Shown: positions 12,037 to 21,581, numbered from the stretch's first letter. The stretch is DNA of 64,000 nt from an uncultured Gemmatimonadaceae bacterium (GCA_963740355.1 CAVUDW010000002.1:768001-832000); one strand, 5' to 3'. The notes: a model not told the origin generated them from the sequence alone. Translations and numbers: made by a program.

Positions 12037-13056
12037 TTATGTCGGCAACGTCCTCGCCGCGGACGGCGTCACTCCAGTCCACTGCTTGAAGGCGCGGTGG
12101 AACGCCGCGGCCTCGGAAAAGCCAAGCAGGAAGGCGACCTGACTCACGGAATTCGACTCATCACTGAGATATCGCCGCGCCAACGCGCTCCTGACTTCAC
12201 TCAGCACGTCCTGGTAGGTGCGCCCTTCTGCCTGGAGCGCACGCTGCAGCTGTCGCGCGCTCATCGCCATCTCCGATGCGATCTCGCCGATCGGCGGCAC
12301 TCTCCCGCGGAGCTTTTCAGCAACGATCCGTGACACACGACCCACAATGGTCTGGTGGCCGCCGAGCTCCGAGAGCAGTTGCTCTGCGTGTTGCTCGAAC
12401 ACGGTGAAGAGGGCAGGATTTGCCGATGGGATGGGCCGTGCGAGGTCGGTCTGCGCGAGGACGAAGCGGTATTCCCGCGCGCCGAAGCGCACTGGCGCGC
12501 GGAGCACGCGTCGGTACTCACTGTCATCCGGCACACTGTGACGAAACGCCACCTCGAGCGGAATCACCGCGTCGTTGGTCATCGCTCGCAACTGTCGTGC
12601 GAGCCCCACCCACATGGAGTCGATGGCCTGGCGAGGGTCACGCTCCAGCTGATTGTCGAGGTGTGATGACACGATGTGCACGCGCACCACGGCGCGCGGT
12701 CCATCGTGCGTGAGGTCGACGCGCAGCCCGTCGTTGAGGAGGCCGGCATATCGGACGAGGCATTCCATCACGTCGCCAATCGTGCGGCAGGTCATCACCA
12801 CGTAGCCAAGGATGTCGAGGGCGGCCGGGTGAAAGACCTCTGCCATGTGGAGCCCGATCATCGGGTCGCCCGTGCGGCGTTCTGCGACCGCCCAGAGCCG
12901 CTCCATCTGCGAGCCGCGCAATCGCTCGTCCGGCCGCGACATGATCGCCGGATCAAGGCCGGCGTCACGACAGACCTCGACCATCGGATGACCTGCTCGC
13001 TCGAGATACTGGAGCATGTCGATCGCGAGTGTGGCAGCGACGGTGGTTTCGGGCAT
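12037..13056 (-). CDS. AraC-family regulator (Arabinose_bd_2/OruR-like N-terminus)
   Basis: Likely start MPETTV at 13056; C-terminal AMSARQLQRAL and VAFLLGFSEAAAFHRAFKQWTGVTP. Confidence 0.9.
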   Translation of the reverse strand: MPETTVAATLAIDMLQYLERAGHPMVEVCRDAGLDPAIMSRPDERLRGSQMERLWAVAERRTGDPMIGLHMAEVFHPAALDILGYVVMTCRTIGDVMECLVRYAGLLNDGLRVDLTHDGPRAVVRVHIVSSHLDNQLERDPRQAIDSMWVGLARQLRAMTNDAVIPLEVAFRHSVPDDSEYRRVLRAPVRFGAREYRFVLAQTDLARPIPSANPALFTVFEQHAEQLLSELGGHQTIVGRVSRIVAEKLRGRVPPIGEIASEMAMSARQLQRALQAEGRTYQDVLSEVRSALARRYLSDESNSVSQVAFLLGFSEAAAFHRAFKQWTGVTPSAARTLPT

Positions 13057-13076
13057 GCAGTCGTCCCGGTGCGAGT

Positions 13077-13143
13077 TCTGGCGCGTTTGGTCAATGATCT
13101 GGCGCATCCCGTCACCGTCGACCGGGTGGGGGAATCCTAGCCT
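13077..13143 (+). promoter_or_regulatory. Tandem AraC-type operator and -10 element of the divergent operon
   Basis: TCTGGCGC-N5-GTCA twice at a 21-bp period (13077, 13098); TAGCCT at 13138. Confidence 0.6.
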
Positions 13144-13203
13144 TGTGGTAAGCCGGCATCCAAGCGGATCCGCGCGATTTCCCACTCCAGCCAGAACCTC
13201 CCG

Positions 13204-13668
13204 ATGCCACTCCGCCACGCCTTCGTCGCCGTACTCGCCCTTGCCCTGACCATCCCCGCTGCCGCCGAGGCGCAGCGTAGCAGTGATCGCGCGATCTATC
13301 TCACGATTTTTCGCAATCCATCCTCTGGCGTCGAACTGCGCTTCGGTCGAGTTGGTGTGCACGCCGGCTTCTATCCCACGATTCTCAAGGCTGACGGCGA
13401 GGCGAAGGGAAAAAACACGAACTTTCTCCGCTTCGGCGCGACGATGTATTCGAGTGCGACCGGCACCGCGGCCTACATCTCCCCCAGCCTCGTGGTGAGC
13501 CTCGACAAGCGATTCAAGAGTGGCTTCCTCACCGATGCCGGAATCCGTGGGCGCATCGCGGGCCCGGTCGCCGGCCGACTGGGTGTTGGGCTTCTCAACA
13601 CGTTTGACGGTGAAGTGCGCGTCAACCCGACCGTTGGGCTCGACGTTCGGCTCGGGAAGGCACGATGA
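13204..13668 (+). CDS. Secreted protein, probable small outer-membrane beta-barrel
   Basis: Signal peptide ending AEA-Q; alternating amphipathic strands ending VGLDVRL. Confidence 0.65.
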   Translation: MPLRHAFVAVLALALTIPAAAEAQRSSDRAIYLTIFRNPSSGVELRFGRVGVHAGFYPTILKADGEAKGKNTNFLRFGATMYSSATGTAAYISPSLVVSLDKRFKSGFLTDAGIRGRIAGPVAGRLGVGLLNTFDGEVRVNPTVGLDVRLGKAR

Positions 13669-14252
13669 TCGCTTCGCCCGAATGGGTGCCGGTGACGAAC
13701 ACGGTCACCGGTGACCGGATGCTGGTGCTGCACCGCGGGCTCGATGCAGAAGGCGAAGTACTCGAGGTGCAATTCGACTTGCCGCCCCAGGCAACTGGCG
13801 GCCCGATGCATCGGCACCGGCGCATACAGGAGCGGTTCGAAGTGCTGGACGGTGCGCTGCGTGTCTGCGTCGATGGCCACTGGCGCACACTCCTCGCGGG
13901 AGACTCGGTCACCGTCGATCCGGGGCAGGCGCACAGCTTTGCGAACGATTCCAGTGCATGGGTCACGATCATCACCGAGTTTCGTCCACCATTGCATTTC
14001 GAGCGATCTCTTCGCACCTGGCACGGGCTTGCCAACACCGGCCGCGCAAGCGCCACGGGTGCACCGAGGAATCTCTTCCATCTCGCGCGCTGCCTGCAGG
14101 ACGCCGACGTCACCTTCACGGCAGCACCGGCGATGCTGCAACGCGCGATCATCTCCGCGCTGGTGTGGCTCGGCAACCTGACCGGAATCAACGCATCACT
14201 GATGGACTTTGACATTGCGCCGCGAACGCCGCGCATGGAGGTGGCATCGTGA
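13665..14252 (+). CDS. Cupin-domain protein
   Basis: PMHRH...QERFEVLDG and GDSVTVDPGQAHSF cupin motifs; ATGA overlap with the upstream gene. Confidence 0.85.
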   Translation: MIASPEWVPVTNTVTGDRMLVLHRGLDAEGEVLEVQFDLPPQATGGPMHRHRRIQERFEVLDGALRVCVDGHWRTLLAGDSVTVDPGQAHSFANDSSAWVTIITEFRPPLHFERSLRTWHGLANTGRASATGAPRNLFHLARCLQDADVTFTAAPAMLQRAIISALVWLGNLTGINASLMDFDIAPRTPRMEVAS

Positions 14253-14947
14253 GTACCGATTCAGATGGCCGGGTCGGAGGCAGGATTGCCGGCGCATCGC
14301 TGATCCTTGCTGCGGTGGCATTCATCGCCGTGTTCTCTGCGCTGGCCGGTTCATTCGACTATCCGGACGTGCTCGACAGGCCGGCGGCGGAGGTCCTGCC
14401 GCGATTGCTGGCACTCGGCGCACAAGGACGCGCAATCTGGGCCGTGTACGCCTGTATTCCGCTCCTGCTGATTCCGGCCGCTGCTGGCGCGGCGTCGTTG
14501 CATGACGATCCGCGATATCGGACCGTGGTGCGCATCGCGGAATGGTGTGCGTCGATCGCCGGTATCAGCATGTTGCTTGGCTTGGTGCGATGGCCGAGCC
14601 TCCAGTGGGAACTCGCGCGTGCGTGGGGAACGGCCACCATCGATCAGCGCGTGGTGCTGACGTCGATCTTCGATGGGGCGAACATGATGTTCGGCCGTTA
14701 CATCGGCGAGTTTCTGGGTGAAGTGTTGCTCAGCATGGCGTTCGTGCTCTTCAGCGCGGTGGCGTGGTGTGATCGCCGGTTGCCGCGCTGGGCGAGTGGG
14801 TTCGGGATCGTGGCCGGCGTGACGGGGTTGCTCGCGATGTGGCGGAACGTGAGCCCGTGGGTGGCGCCGATCGCGGAGGTGAACAATGCGGTACTGCCGT
14901 TGTGGTTGATGGTGTGGGGGGTGGTGTTGCTTCGGCGTTCACGGTGA
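14249..14947 (+). CDS. Multi-pass membrane protein (DUF4386-like)
   Basis: About 6 hydrophobic helices, FDYPDVL motif; GTGA overlap. Confidence 0.7.
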   Translation: MSTDSDGRVGGRIAGASLILAAVAFIAVFSALAGSFDYPDVLDRPAAEVLPRLLALGAQGRAIWAVYACIPLLLIPAAAGAASLHDDPRYRTVVRIAEWCASIAGISMLLGLVRWPSLQWELARAWGTATIDQRVVLTSIFDGANMMFGRYIGEFLGEVLLSMAFVLFSAVAWCDRRLPRWASGFGIVAGVTGLLAMWRNVSPWVAPIAEVNNAVLPLWLMVWGVVLLRRSR

Positions 14948-14952
14948 GCTGC

Positions 14953-17694
14953 TCACCGCCCGTGAAGCAGCGCGCGGCCCCGTGGTTCGCGCTCCAGTAC
15001 CGCAAAATCCCGGAACGCCGACTCCGCCAACCAGGGATAGTGCTCGATGCCATGATCGACCGCACTAGCCAGGAAGGTCAACGCCGACTCGGTCTTGCCG
15101 TTGATCGCAGCGATGCGCGCACAAAAGGCGAGGTGCTCGCCAATCTCGGTTGGGCCGGCGGGACCAAGCCACCGTTCGGCGGCGGCTTGGTCCTTCCGGC
15201 GCGCTGCGACGATCGCTGCCAACCCTCGGTACTCGATTCGGTCTGGGTAGTCTCTCGCCAGCGACTCGAAGTAGGGACGCGCCGCGTCGTAGCGCCCGAG
15301 GTCGTAGTAGACGCTGCCGAGCCAGTAGCGATGTGACCGGTCGTTGGGCGCGGCGATCAGGCGCTCCCTGAGCCATGTGATCGCGCGCGCCGCGTACCGT
15401 CGCCCCGCCGCTTCGTTACCGCGACGCATCAGCTCCTCGGATGCGACCACCAATGCGGCGCCCTGTGACCAGTAGACATCCGGTGGCAGCGATTGCCACG
15501 CCACCAGCGACGAGTCGAGCGCGCGTAGCTCGCCCAACGATGCGAGTGCGCGCGCCTGCAGCACCGTGGCCACGCGTCGATCGGGGAATCGTCGCTGGAG
15601 TTCGCGCGCGTCGGCGAGTTCCGCGAGATGATCGCCAATCAGGTAGTCGACATGCGCGCGCTGCGTCCAGTAGGGGCTCCAGCCCCGCAGTTCACCACGA
15701 TTCGGATCCATGCGCAGCAGTTGATCACGGGCTGCACTCACATACCCAGCGCTCAGGAGCGCCACGGCGTGCTCGAACCCGGCGCGGGAATTCGGTGCCA
15801 GCGCTGCCGCACGCGCAATCGCGGTGCGGGCAGCCGTGCCGTCACCCAGCAGACGCGCTTCGATGTACCGCAGTGAGGCGTCCTGGAAGGCACCAGGCGT
15901 CACGGTGCCGCTCGCGGCCCGCGCACGACGCGCCAGCGCGCCAGCTTGCGGGAGGGAGTCGGTGTTCAGCGCCGCACGAGCGCCCCAGAGCGCCGCCGCG
16001 CCGAACGTCGAGTCACGATCGAAGGCCTCGCGAAATTGTGCGAGTGCAGCCGTGTACTTCTGCGCGAAGAAGGCATCCAGTCCCGCATTGAACGCTTCAT
16101 ACGCCGGATATGACGGCGGATTTCTGGTTTGCCCCGGAATCGATGCCATCGTCTCGTCACGCGCCGACGCCACTGCGCCCATCACGCGATCACGCAACTG
16201 CGACACCGCATCCTCCGGCCGCGAGATCGGCACGACGATCGGAGCGAGCGCGGACACCAGCTCACCGCTCCGTGTGTCCACGAGTTGTGCTTGCAGGTGC
16301 AGTGAGTCGCGCACGCGGTAGTAGCTGCCGGTGACGACTGTGCCGGCCAGCGTTTCGTCCTTCAACGTGGTCACGATCGACGCATCGGTGGCGGCGGCGT
16401 GTTCCGAAGCGAGCAGCGCTCCCGACCAGGGCACAACCTTCGCAACGCCGAGTCGCTGCAGCCCATCGGTCACCCAATCGCCAGCGAAACGACCGAGCAC
16501 GGTGAGTGAGGTGTCACCCGTCTCGTTGCGCAGGACCGAGACGGCGACCGGTTCCGCGAGTGCGACCGGTGGTACTTGTCTCGCGGCGCGCACGGCGAAC
16601 ACGCCTGCGAGAAGGGCAGCGCTGACAGTCGCGCCTGTGAGGAATCGATGCGTGCCTGTTTGCCACGGTGCGGCGCGCGGTCGCGGTGCCGCGCGTTTCG
16701 CGTCCATCCGCTCCAGAACTGAGTGCATGTCGACCGGTCGCGACGCCGGATCCATCGCTAGACAGTCGAGCAGCAGCGCCACCATGTGCGCCGGCAGGCC
16801 TGCGCGCCGTGCCAGCTCGCGTCGCGCGACGGCCTGCGGCTCCCCGGCCGGCAGCGGCGCACCGGTGAGCAACTCAGCACCGAGGACACCCCACGCGAAG
16901 ATATCGGCGCGCGCGTCGACCGCGGCAGCGGAGTACGTCTGTTCCGGCGCCATGTATCGTCGCGTGCCGAGGGCAAAGCCGGGGGCCGTGATGCCGGTCG
17001 ACTCGAAGGAGTCGCTGCCCAGCTTCGCGATGCCGAAGTCGAGCAGGTATGCGTGACCTGAGGCGAGCAACACATTCTCCGGCTTCAAGTCGCGATGGAT
17101 CACGCCTGATCTGTGCGCACAGTCGAGTGCGAGTGCAATGTCGCGCAGAATCCTGGGCGCGGATGCCAGCGACGGACGCTCCACTTGCAACTCATCGCGC
17201 AGGCTGCGTCCCTCCATCCACGGCATCACGTAGTAGAGGAATCCAGCCGCGTCGCCCGAGTCGATCAGCGGGACGATGTTCGGGTGTGCAAGGGTGGCTG
17301 CGATGTGCACTTCGCGCTGAAAGCGCTCCTTCCCGCACAACTGCGCGATGAGCGGATTCAGCACCTTCAGCACGACCTCGCGATCGTGCTTGCGTTCACG
17401 CGCCAGGAAGACGGTTGCCATGCCGCCACGGCCGATTTCACGCAGCACCTCGTACCGTGACTCGAGGGCGGCCGCCATGGCGCGTTCGACGTCCGGCGGT
17501 GTTGCGGCATGCGGCGACTGCTCGAGGATGCCCTGCGCACTCCGTGAGGCGTTCAGCAGCAGCAGTGCTTCGCCTTCGAGCGCATCATCACCGGCGCAGA
17601 ACGCCTCGAGCCATCGCGTGCGATCTTCTTCCGGTTGATCCAGCGCTGCGTCGAAAGCTGCGAGCGCCCGTGCAGAGAGCGACGCATCGTTCAC
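14953..17694 (-). CDS. Membrane Ser/Thr protein kinase with TolB-N-like and TPR extracytoplasmic region
   Basis: IGRGGMATVF, VVLK, HRDLKPEN, DFGIAK, YMAPEQ; TM followed by TPR-like helices; GTG start overlaps the ECF stop. Confidence 0.9.
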   Translation of the reverse strand: MNDASLSARALAAFDAALDQPEEDRTRWLEAFCAGDDALEGEALLLLNASRSAQGILEQSPHAATPPDVERAMAAALESRYEVLREIGRGGMATVFLARERKHDREVVLKVLNPLIAQLCGKERFQREVHIAATLAHPNIVPLIDSGDAAGFLYYVMPWMEGRSLRDELQVERPSLASAPRILRDIALALDCAHRSGVIHRDLKPENVLLASGHAYLLDFGIAKLGSDSFESTGITAPGFALGTRRYMAPEQTYSAAAVDARADIFAWGVLGAELLTGAPLPAGEPQAVARRELARRAGLPAHMVALLLDCLAMDPASRPVDMHSVLERMDAKRAAPRPRAAPWQTGTHRFLTGATVSAALLAGVFAVRAARQVPPVALAEPVAVSVLRNETGDTSLTVLGRFAGDWVTDGLQRLGVAKVVPWSGALLASEHAAATDASIVTTLKDETLAGTVVTGSYYRVRDSLHLQAQLVDTRSGELVSALAPIVVPISRPEDAVSQLRDRVMGAVASARDETMASIPGQTRNPPSYPAYEAFNAGLDAFFAQKYTAALAQFREAFDRDSTFGAAALWGARAALNTDSLPQAGALARRARAASGTVTPGAFQDASLRYIEARLLGDGTAARTAIARAAALAPNSRAGFEHAVALLSAGYVSAARDQLLRMDPNRGELRGWSPYWTQRAHVDYLIGDHLAELADARELQRRFPDRRVATVLQARALASLGELRALDSSLVAWQSLPPDVYWSQGAALVVASEELMRRGNEAAGRRYAARAITWLRERLIAAPNDRSHRYWLGSVYYDLGRYDAARPYFESLARDYPDRIEYRGLAAIVAARRKDQAAAERWLGPAGPTEIGEHLAFCARIAAINGKTESALTFLASAVDHGIEHYPWLAESAFRDFAVLEREPRGRALLHGR

Positions 17695-18287
17695 GACGCA
17701 GGCTCCGTGGCGTAGAGTTGACGATACAACCATGCGCGCGCCTTGACCCAGTCGCGCTGCACGGTGCGGGTGGTGACCGCGAGAGCACTGGCGGTTTCTT
17801 CTTCGGTGAATCCGGCCAGGTAGCGGTACTCGACAACCTGACGCAGCCGTGGCTCGAAACTTCCCAGTTTCTCGAGTGCGTCGAACAGTTCGAGCAGATC
17901 CTCCGGGGATGCCGCGCCCGACTCGGCTGACTCGTCGAGTGTCACGCGACGAGCGCCAGCGCCACGCTTGTCGGCCATCCGGCGTCGCGCATGATCGATG
18001 AGGACGAACCGCATCGCGCGGATGGTGAGACCGAGGAAGTGCGCACGATCGGTGGCGGGCAGGGCCTGCGCGCCGTCTGTCGCGTCGAGTCCCAGTCGCA
18101 TCCACGCTTCATGCACGAGGTCGGATGGATTCAGCGTGTGCCCCGCGCGCTCGGACGACAGCATGCGCGCGGCCGCACGTCGCAGTTCCTCGTATACCAG
18201 CGGAAACAGCTGCTCTTCAGCGTGTGAATCGCCGTTGCGCAAGGCGGCAAGGAGCTGGGTGACGTCGGTCGGTTGAGTCTGGTTCAT
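17691..18287 (-). CDS. ECF sigma factor, kinase-associated (ECF43-like)
   Basis: DVTQLL, LFPLVYEELRRAA, GHTLNPSDLVHEAW, AMRFVLIDHARRR..KRG, TVQRDWVKARAWL. Confidence 0.9.
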   Translation of the reverse strand: MNQTQPTDVTQLLAALRNGDSHAEEQLFPLVYEELRRAAARMLSSERAGHTLNPSDLVHEAWMRLGLDATDGAQALPATDRAHFLGLTIRAMRFVLIDHARRRMADKRGAGARRVTLDESAESGAASPEDLLELFDALEKLGSFEPRLRQVVEYRYLAGFTEEETASALAVTTRTVQRDWVKARAWLYRQLYATEPAS

Positions 18288-18396
18288 GTGTGTGCTGTCG
18301 TAACCCTGACAGGAACTGCGCAGAGGGAGGTACACGTGGTCGTGTGGATCAGTGCCCAAGTGGGACGATGCGCGACCCCAACTCCCTGCAGGCCTC

Positions 18397-19230
18397 ATGC
18401 CCATGCACAGCGCACCATCTCTCACGTCTCTGACGTCACATCTCAGCCCAAGGTTTCTCGCTTCGTTTGCGGTCGAATGTCTGACACTCTTCGCTTCCGG
18501 TTCGATGTTGGTGGCACAGCAGCCCTCGTCAGGCGCTGCACGAGTAGCGATCGTGGCATACAGCGCACCGAGCATCGTCACTGTCCCTCCAGCCCGTCGG
18601 ATCGGACCACGCATCCATCGGGAGATTGGGACGTCCAACGCGCTGGCGAATCGCTTCTTCGACGAAGGCTTATCGCTGCATTACGCCTATCGTCACTCGG
18701 AGGCCGTGGCAGCATTCCGCGAAGCGCAACGCCGTGACCCGCGGTGCGTGATGTGCCTGCTTGGCGAGACGATTGCACTCGGGCCCACGATCGCGGGGCC
18801 GGTGTCGGCTACAGCGGCGGTCGAGGCCCGCGATGCCATTCGGAGAGCAGGGTTACTCGTGCGCGCAGGCGTCGGCAGCGTCAGCGATGCGGCATGGCTG
18901 CGCGCGGTATCTGCACGCCATGAATCCACCGGGATTGCGTCTCGTGCGGCCCTCGACTCGGCGTATGCGCGTGCGATGGGCGCACTGGCCGATGGAAATC
19001 CGATGGATGCCGACGCACAGACGTTGGCAGCTGAAGCGGACATGATCCTCACGCCGTACGACTACTGGTCGCCGTCGGGGGCTGCGCTACCTGCAACGCA
19101 GCGTGTGCTGGTGCGGCTTCGGCAGGCCATGCGCGTGGCGCCTGGGCATCATGGCGCGTGCTTCCTGTTCGTGCACGTGATGGAGTCGGTGCAGCCGGGT
19201 GTGCGGTGCGCTGAGGGCGCTGATCGTTGA
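18397..19230 (+). CDS. Secreted TPR-like protein, apparently C-terminally truncated
   Basis: FFDEGL.LHYAY.HSEA..AFREAQRRDP.CVMC.LGE.IALGP matches the N-terminal half of a longer TPR family; stops shortly after HGAC. Confidence 0.6.
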   Translation: MPMHSAPSLTSLTSHLSPRFLASFAVECLTLFASGSMLVAQQPSSGAARVAIVAYSAPSIVTVPPARRIGPRIHREIGTSNALANRFFDEGLSLHYAYRHSEAVAAFREAQRRDPRCVMCLLGETIALGPTIAGPVSATAAVEARDAIRRAGLLVRAGVGSVSDAAWLRAVSARHESTGIASRAALDSAYARAMGALADGNPMDADAQTLAAEADMILTPYDYWSPSGAALPATQRVLVRLRQAMRVAPGHHGACFLFVHVMESVQPGVRCAEGADR

Positions 19231-19300
19231 CCCTGACCGCTGACGATGGCGACGCAGGGAGTATGTGGCGCGAGGGCGCCCTCTGGGGGCTGCAAACGAC

Positions 19301-19326
19301 AAAGGGGAGCCAATCTGGCTCCCCTT
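19301..19326 (-). terminator. Terminator downstream of tRNA-Pro
   Basis: AAGGGGAGCCA/TGGCTCCCCTT stem. Confidence 0.7.
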
Positions 19327-19363
19327 CCTGCATCCGGCACAGCGCATCCAAGCGGTCCAACAA

Positions 19364-19437
<74 letters not shown>

Positions 19438-19473
19438 AAACCAGTAAGCATTTCTGACCTGACTGCGACTGCA

Positions 19474-19547
19474 TGCGCCCGGAGAGACTCGAACTCCCAA
19501 CCTTCTGATCCGTAGTCAGATGCTCTATCCAATTGAGCTACGAGCGC
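19474..19547 (-). tRNA. tRNA-Arg(ACG)
   Basis: GCGCTCGTAGCTCAATTGGATAGAGC...CT-ACG-GA...GTTCGAGTC. Confidence 0.95.
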
Positions 19548-19575
19548 GTTCTGTCACTTTGGGGACAGGCCGATC

Positions 19576-19604
19576 AAACTAGGCGAGTTCGGCTGGGAGG
19601 TCAA
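19576..19604 (-). promoter_or_regulatory. Promoter for tRNA-Arg/tRNA-Pro
   Basis: TTGACC-N17-TAGTTT on the minus strand. Confidence 0.65.
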
Positions 19605-19681
19605 CCCGAACCGCACTGCAGTCTCGAGATCGCGGCGAGCGGCCTTAACGGCGGCTGTTGCGTCGCGGAGCATCGGGAACT

Positions 19682-19876
19682 GCAATGAGGGGGAGGCCAC
19701 GGAGCTCACGGAGTGCGACCGCCGCAGCGCTCCGCGCATCGCGGCGCCTAGACGGCGTGAGGGAGGAGCATGGCGCGCGGCAACCCGAGGCAACGCCACC
19801 CTCTCCTTCAAAGTCGCGCTGCACGGCAGCTGGCTCCTGGAGCACTCCGTGAGCTCCGTGGCCTCCCCTCCATTGC
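19682..19876. repeat. Element bounded by 35-bp inverted repeats (REPIN/MITE-like)
   Basis: GCAATGAGGGGGAGGCCACGGAGCTCACGGAGTGC (19682-19716) versus the reverse complement of 19842-19876, 2 mismatches. Confidence 0.85.
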
Positions 19877-19944
19877 GGTTGCTGTTCGCCGCGCCCGAGG
19901 CAGATGCCGGCAATGTGTGCACTGTCACCGGATTGGCGGGAACG

Positions 19945-19975
19945 AAAATCGGGCCCCGGTTTCCCAGGGCCCGAT
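19945..19975 (-). terminator. Terminator after tRNA-Val
   Basis: ATCGGGCCC/GGGCCCGAT stem with a T-run on the minus strand. Confidence 0.65.
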
Positions 19976-20048
19976 GAGCGGTACAAGACTCGAACTTGTG
20001 ACCTCCACGATGTCAACGTGGCGCTCTAACCAACTGAGCTAACCGCCC
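19975..20048 (-). tRNA. tRNA-Val(GAC)
   Basis: GGGCGGTTAGCTCAGTTGGTTAGAGC...TT-GAC-AT...GTTCGAGTC. Confidence 0.95.
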
Positions 20049-20088
20049 GACAACAGCGCGTGCTGACCTCACACTGTGTTCCAGCAAG

Positions 20089-20161
20089 AGCGGGAAACGG
20101 GACTCGAACCCGCGACCCCAACCTTGGCAAGGTTGTGCTCTACCAACTGAGCTATTCCCGC
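20089..20161 (-). tRNA. tRNA-Gly(GCC)
   Basis: GCGGGAATAGCTCAGTTGGTAGAGC...TT-GCC-AA...GGTTCGAGTCCC. Confidence 0.96.
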
Positions 20162-20217
20162 AACTTTTCCTCATCCTTCCGGCCGGCGAAGCAAGCTCGG
20201 CCGAACCGTCCCGTCAA

Positions 20218-20290
<73 letters not shown>

Positions 20291-20354
20291 GGGACTGCCG
20301 CACGCAGGACTGCCGTACGCCCACGACGTCACAGCAAGTCGTCAGGAACCGCAA

Positions 20355-20383
20355 AGGGTAGCCGGGAGTAGGATGACTGTCAA
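20355..20383 (-). promoter_or_regulatory. Promoter for tRNA-Ala/Gly/Val
   Basis: TTGACA-N17-TACCCT on the minus strand. Confidence 0.75.
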
Positions 20384-20666
20384 GGCAAAGCATGAGGAAT
20401 TGCCACAATTCCACTGGCGAAAATCGACATTTCGCATAGATTGCAAGGCTAACGCCATGCCGTCCGGGTGGCGCAGGGAGTCGCTCCGGCAACCCTCTGG
20501 CCAGACCGTGCGTTGCTGAGAAGCACCGAGGAGCTCACTCCCTGGTGCCTCGCAGAAACGAAGATGCTGCGACTCGGCGCCGTTCCGGCGCTCGTGCACA
20601 TCGGGATCGCTCGCGCCCCCGACTTGCACTTCCAATTCGCGAGTTCCGACTGAGGTTTTTCAATAC

Positions 20667-21554
20667 ATGGCAGACGTGAAGCGCCGGCGCCGCAAGGCGA
20701 CGCCTGCGGGGATCGCCCCGACGGAGCCCGAACGCGACATCCTCGATCAATACCTCTATGAAGTCAGCACCTATCCGCTGCTCAAGGGGACCGAAGAAAT
20801 CGAGCTGGCGCGAAAGATCCGTGCTGGGGACCCTGATGCTCTTCAGGAGTTGGTGAAGCGAAATCTCCGCTTCGTCATCTCTGTTGCCAAGAAGTACCAG
20901 AACCGTGGCCTCCCGCTGATCGACCTGATCGGCGAAGGCAACGTTGGTCTGCTCACGGCCGCCCGAAAGTTCGATCCAGATCAGGGCGTCAAGTTCATCT
21001 CGTACGCCGTCTGGTGGATCCGACAGGCCATCCTCTCGTCCCTCGCTCGTCAGGGACGCACGGTGCGTGTGCCGCTCAACCGCACGGCCGATCTCTCCCG
21101 CATCATCAAGGCCTCGGAAATCCTGCGGCAGAAGCTGCGGCGTGAACCGAGTCCGGAAGAACTCGCGCAGCTCACCGGGCTCTCGGTGGATGTCGTGCAG
21201 TCGCTCGCCGCGCTCAACACCGGCGACGTCCGTCTCGATGCCCCGATGGATCCGGAAGGCGATCGCTCGCTGATCGAACGCTTCGTGGCCGACGAAATGC
21301 CGGACACGGAAGAGGAGGCCATGAACCGCTTCCTCAACGACGAAATCGAGCAGGCACTGAACACGCTGCCGCCGCGCGACGCGAAAGTCCTCCGCCTGTA
21401 CTTCGGGCTCGAAGGCGGACGCGAGCACACGCTCGAGGAAATCGGCTCCATGCTCGGCGTCACCCGCGAACGTGTGCGACAGTTGCGCGACCGCGCACTG
21501 AAGCGCCTGCGCGAAGGTGATGTCGGACGTGCGCTGGGGTCGTTCGCGGCCTGA
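20667..21554 (+). CDS. RNA polymerase sigma-70 factor, RpoD/SigA family, lacking region 1.1
   Basis: LDQYLYEV, NLRFVISVAKKY, DLIGEGNVGL, KFISYAVWWIRQAI, TLEEIG..LGVTRERVRQ. Confidence 0.93.
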   Translation: MADVKRRRRKATPAGIAPTEPERDILDQYLYEVSTYPLLKGTEEIELARKIRAGDPDALQELVKRNLRFVISVAKKYQNRGLPLIDLIGEGNVGLLTAARKFDPDQGVKFISYAVWWIRQAILSSLARQGRTVRVPLNRTADLSRIIKASEILRQKLRREPSPEELAQLTGLSVDVVQSLAALNTGDVRLDAPMDPEGDRSLIERFVADEMPDTEEEAMNRFLNDEIEQALNTLPPRDAKVLRLYFGLEGGREHTLEEIGSMLGVTRERVRQLRDRALKRLREGDVGRALGSFAA

Positions 21555-21581
21555 TCGGCGCCGGTTTTCCGAAACACATCA

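Noticed and set aside
17695..18105. N-terminal extension of the kinase ORF to 18105
   Set aside because: Overlaps the ECF gene; the coupled GTG at 17694 is the more plausible start
18312..18337. ECF-type promoter GGAAC...CGT before the TPR gene
   Set aside because: Spacing is longer than typical and the motif is too short to support
11184..19363. Integrative island at the tRNA-Pro 3' end
   Set aside because: Accessory-looking genes, but no integrase and no duplicated att; similarity between the flanking tRNAs is only the generic T-arm
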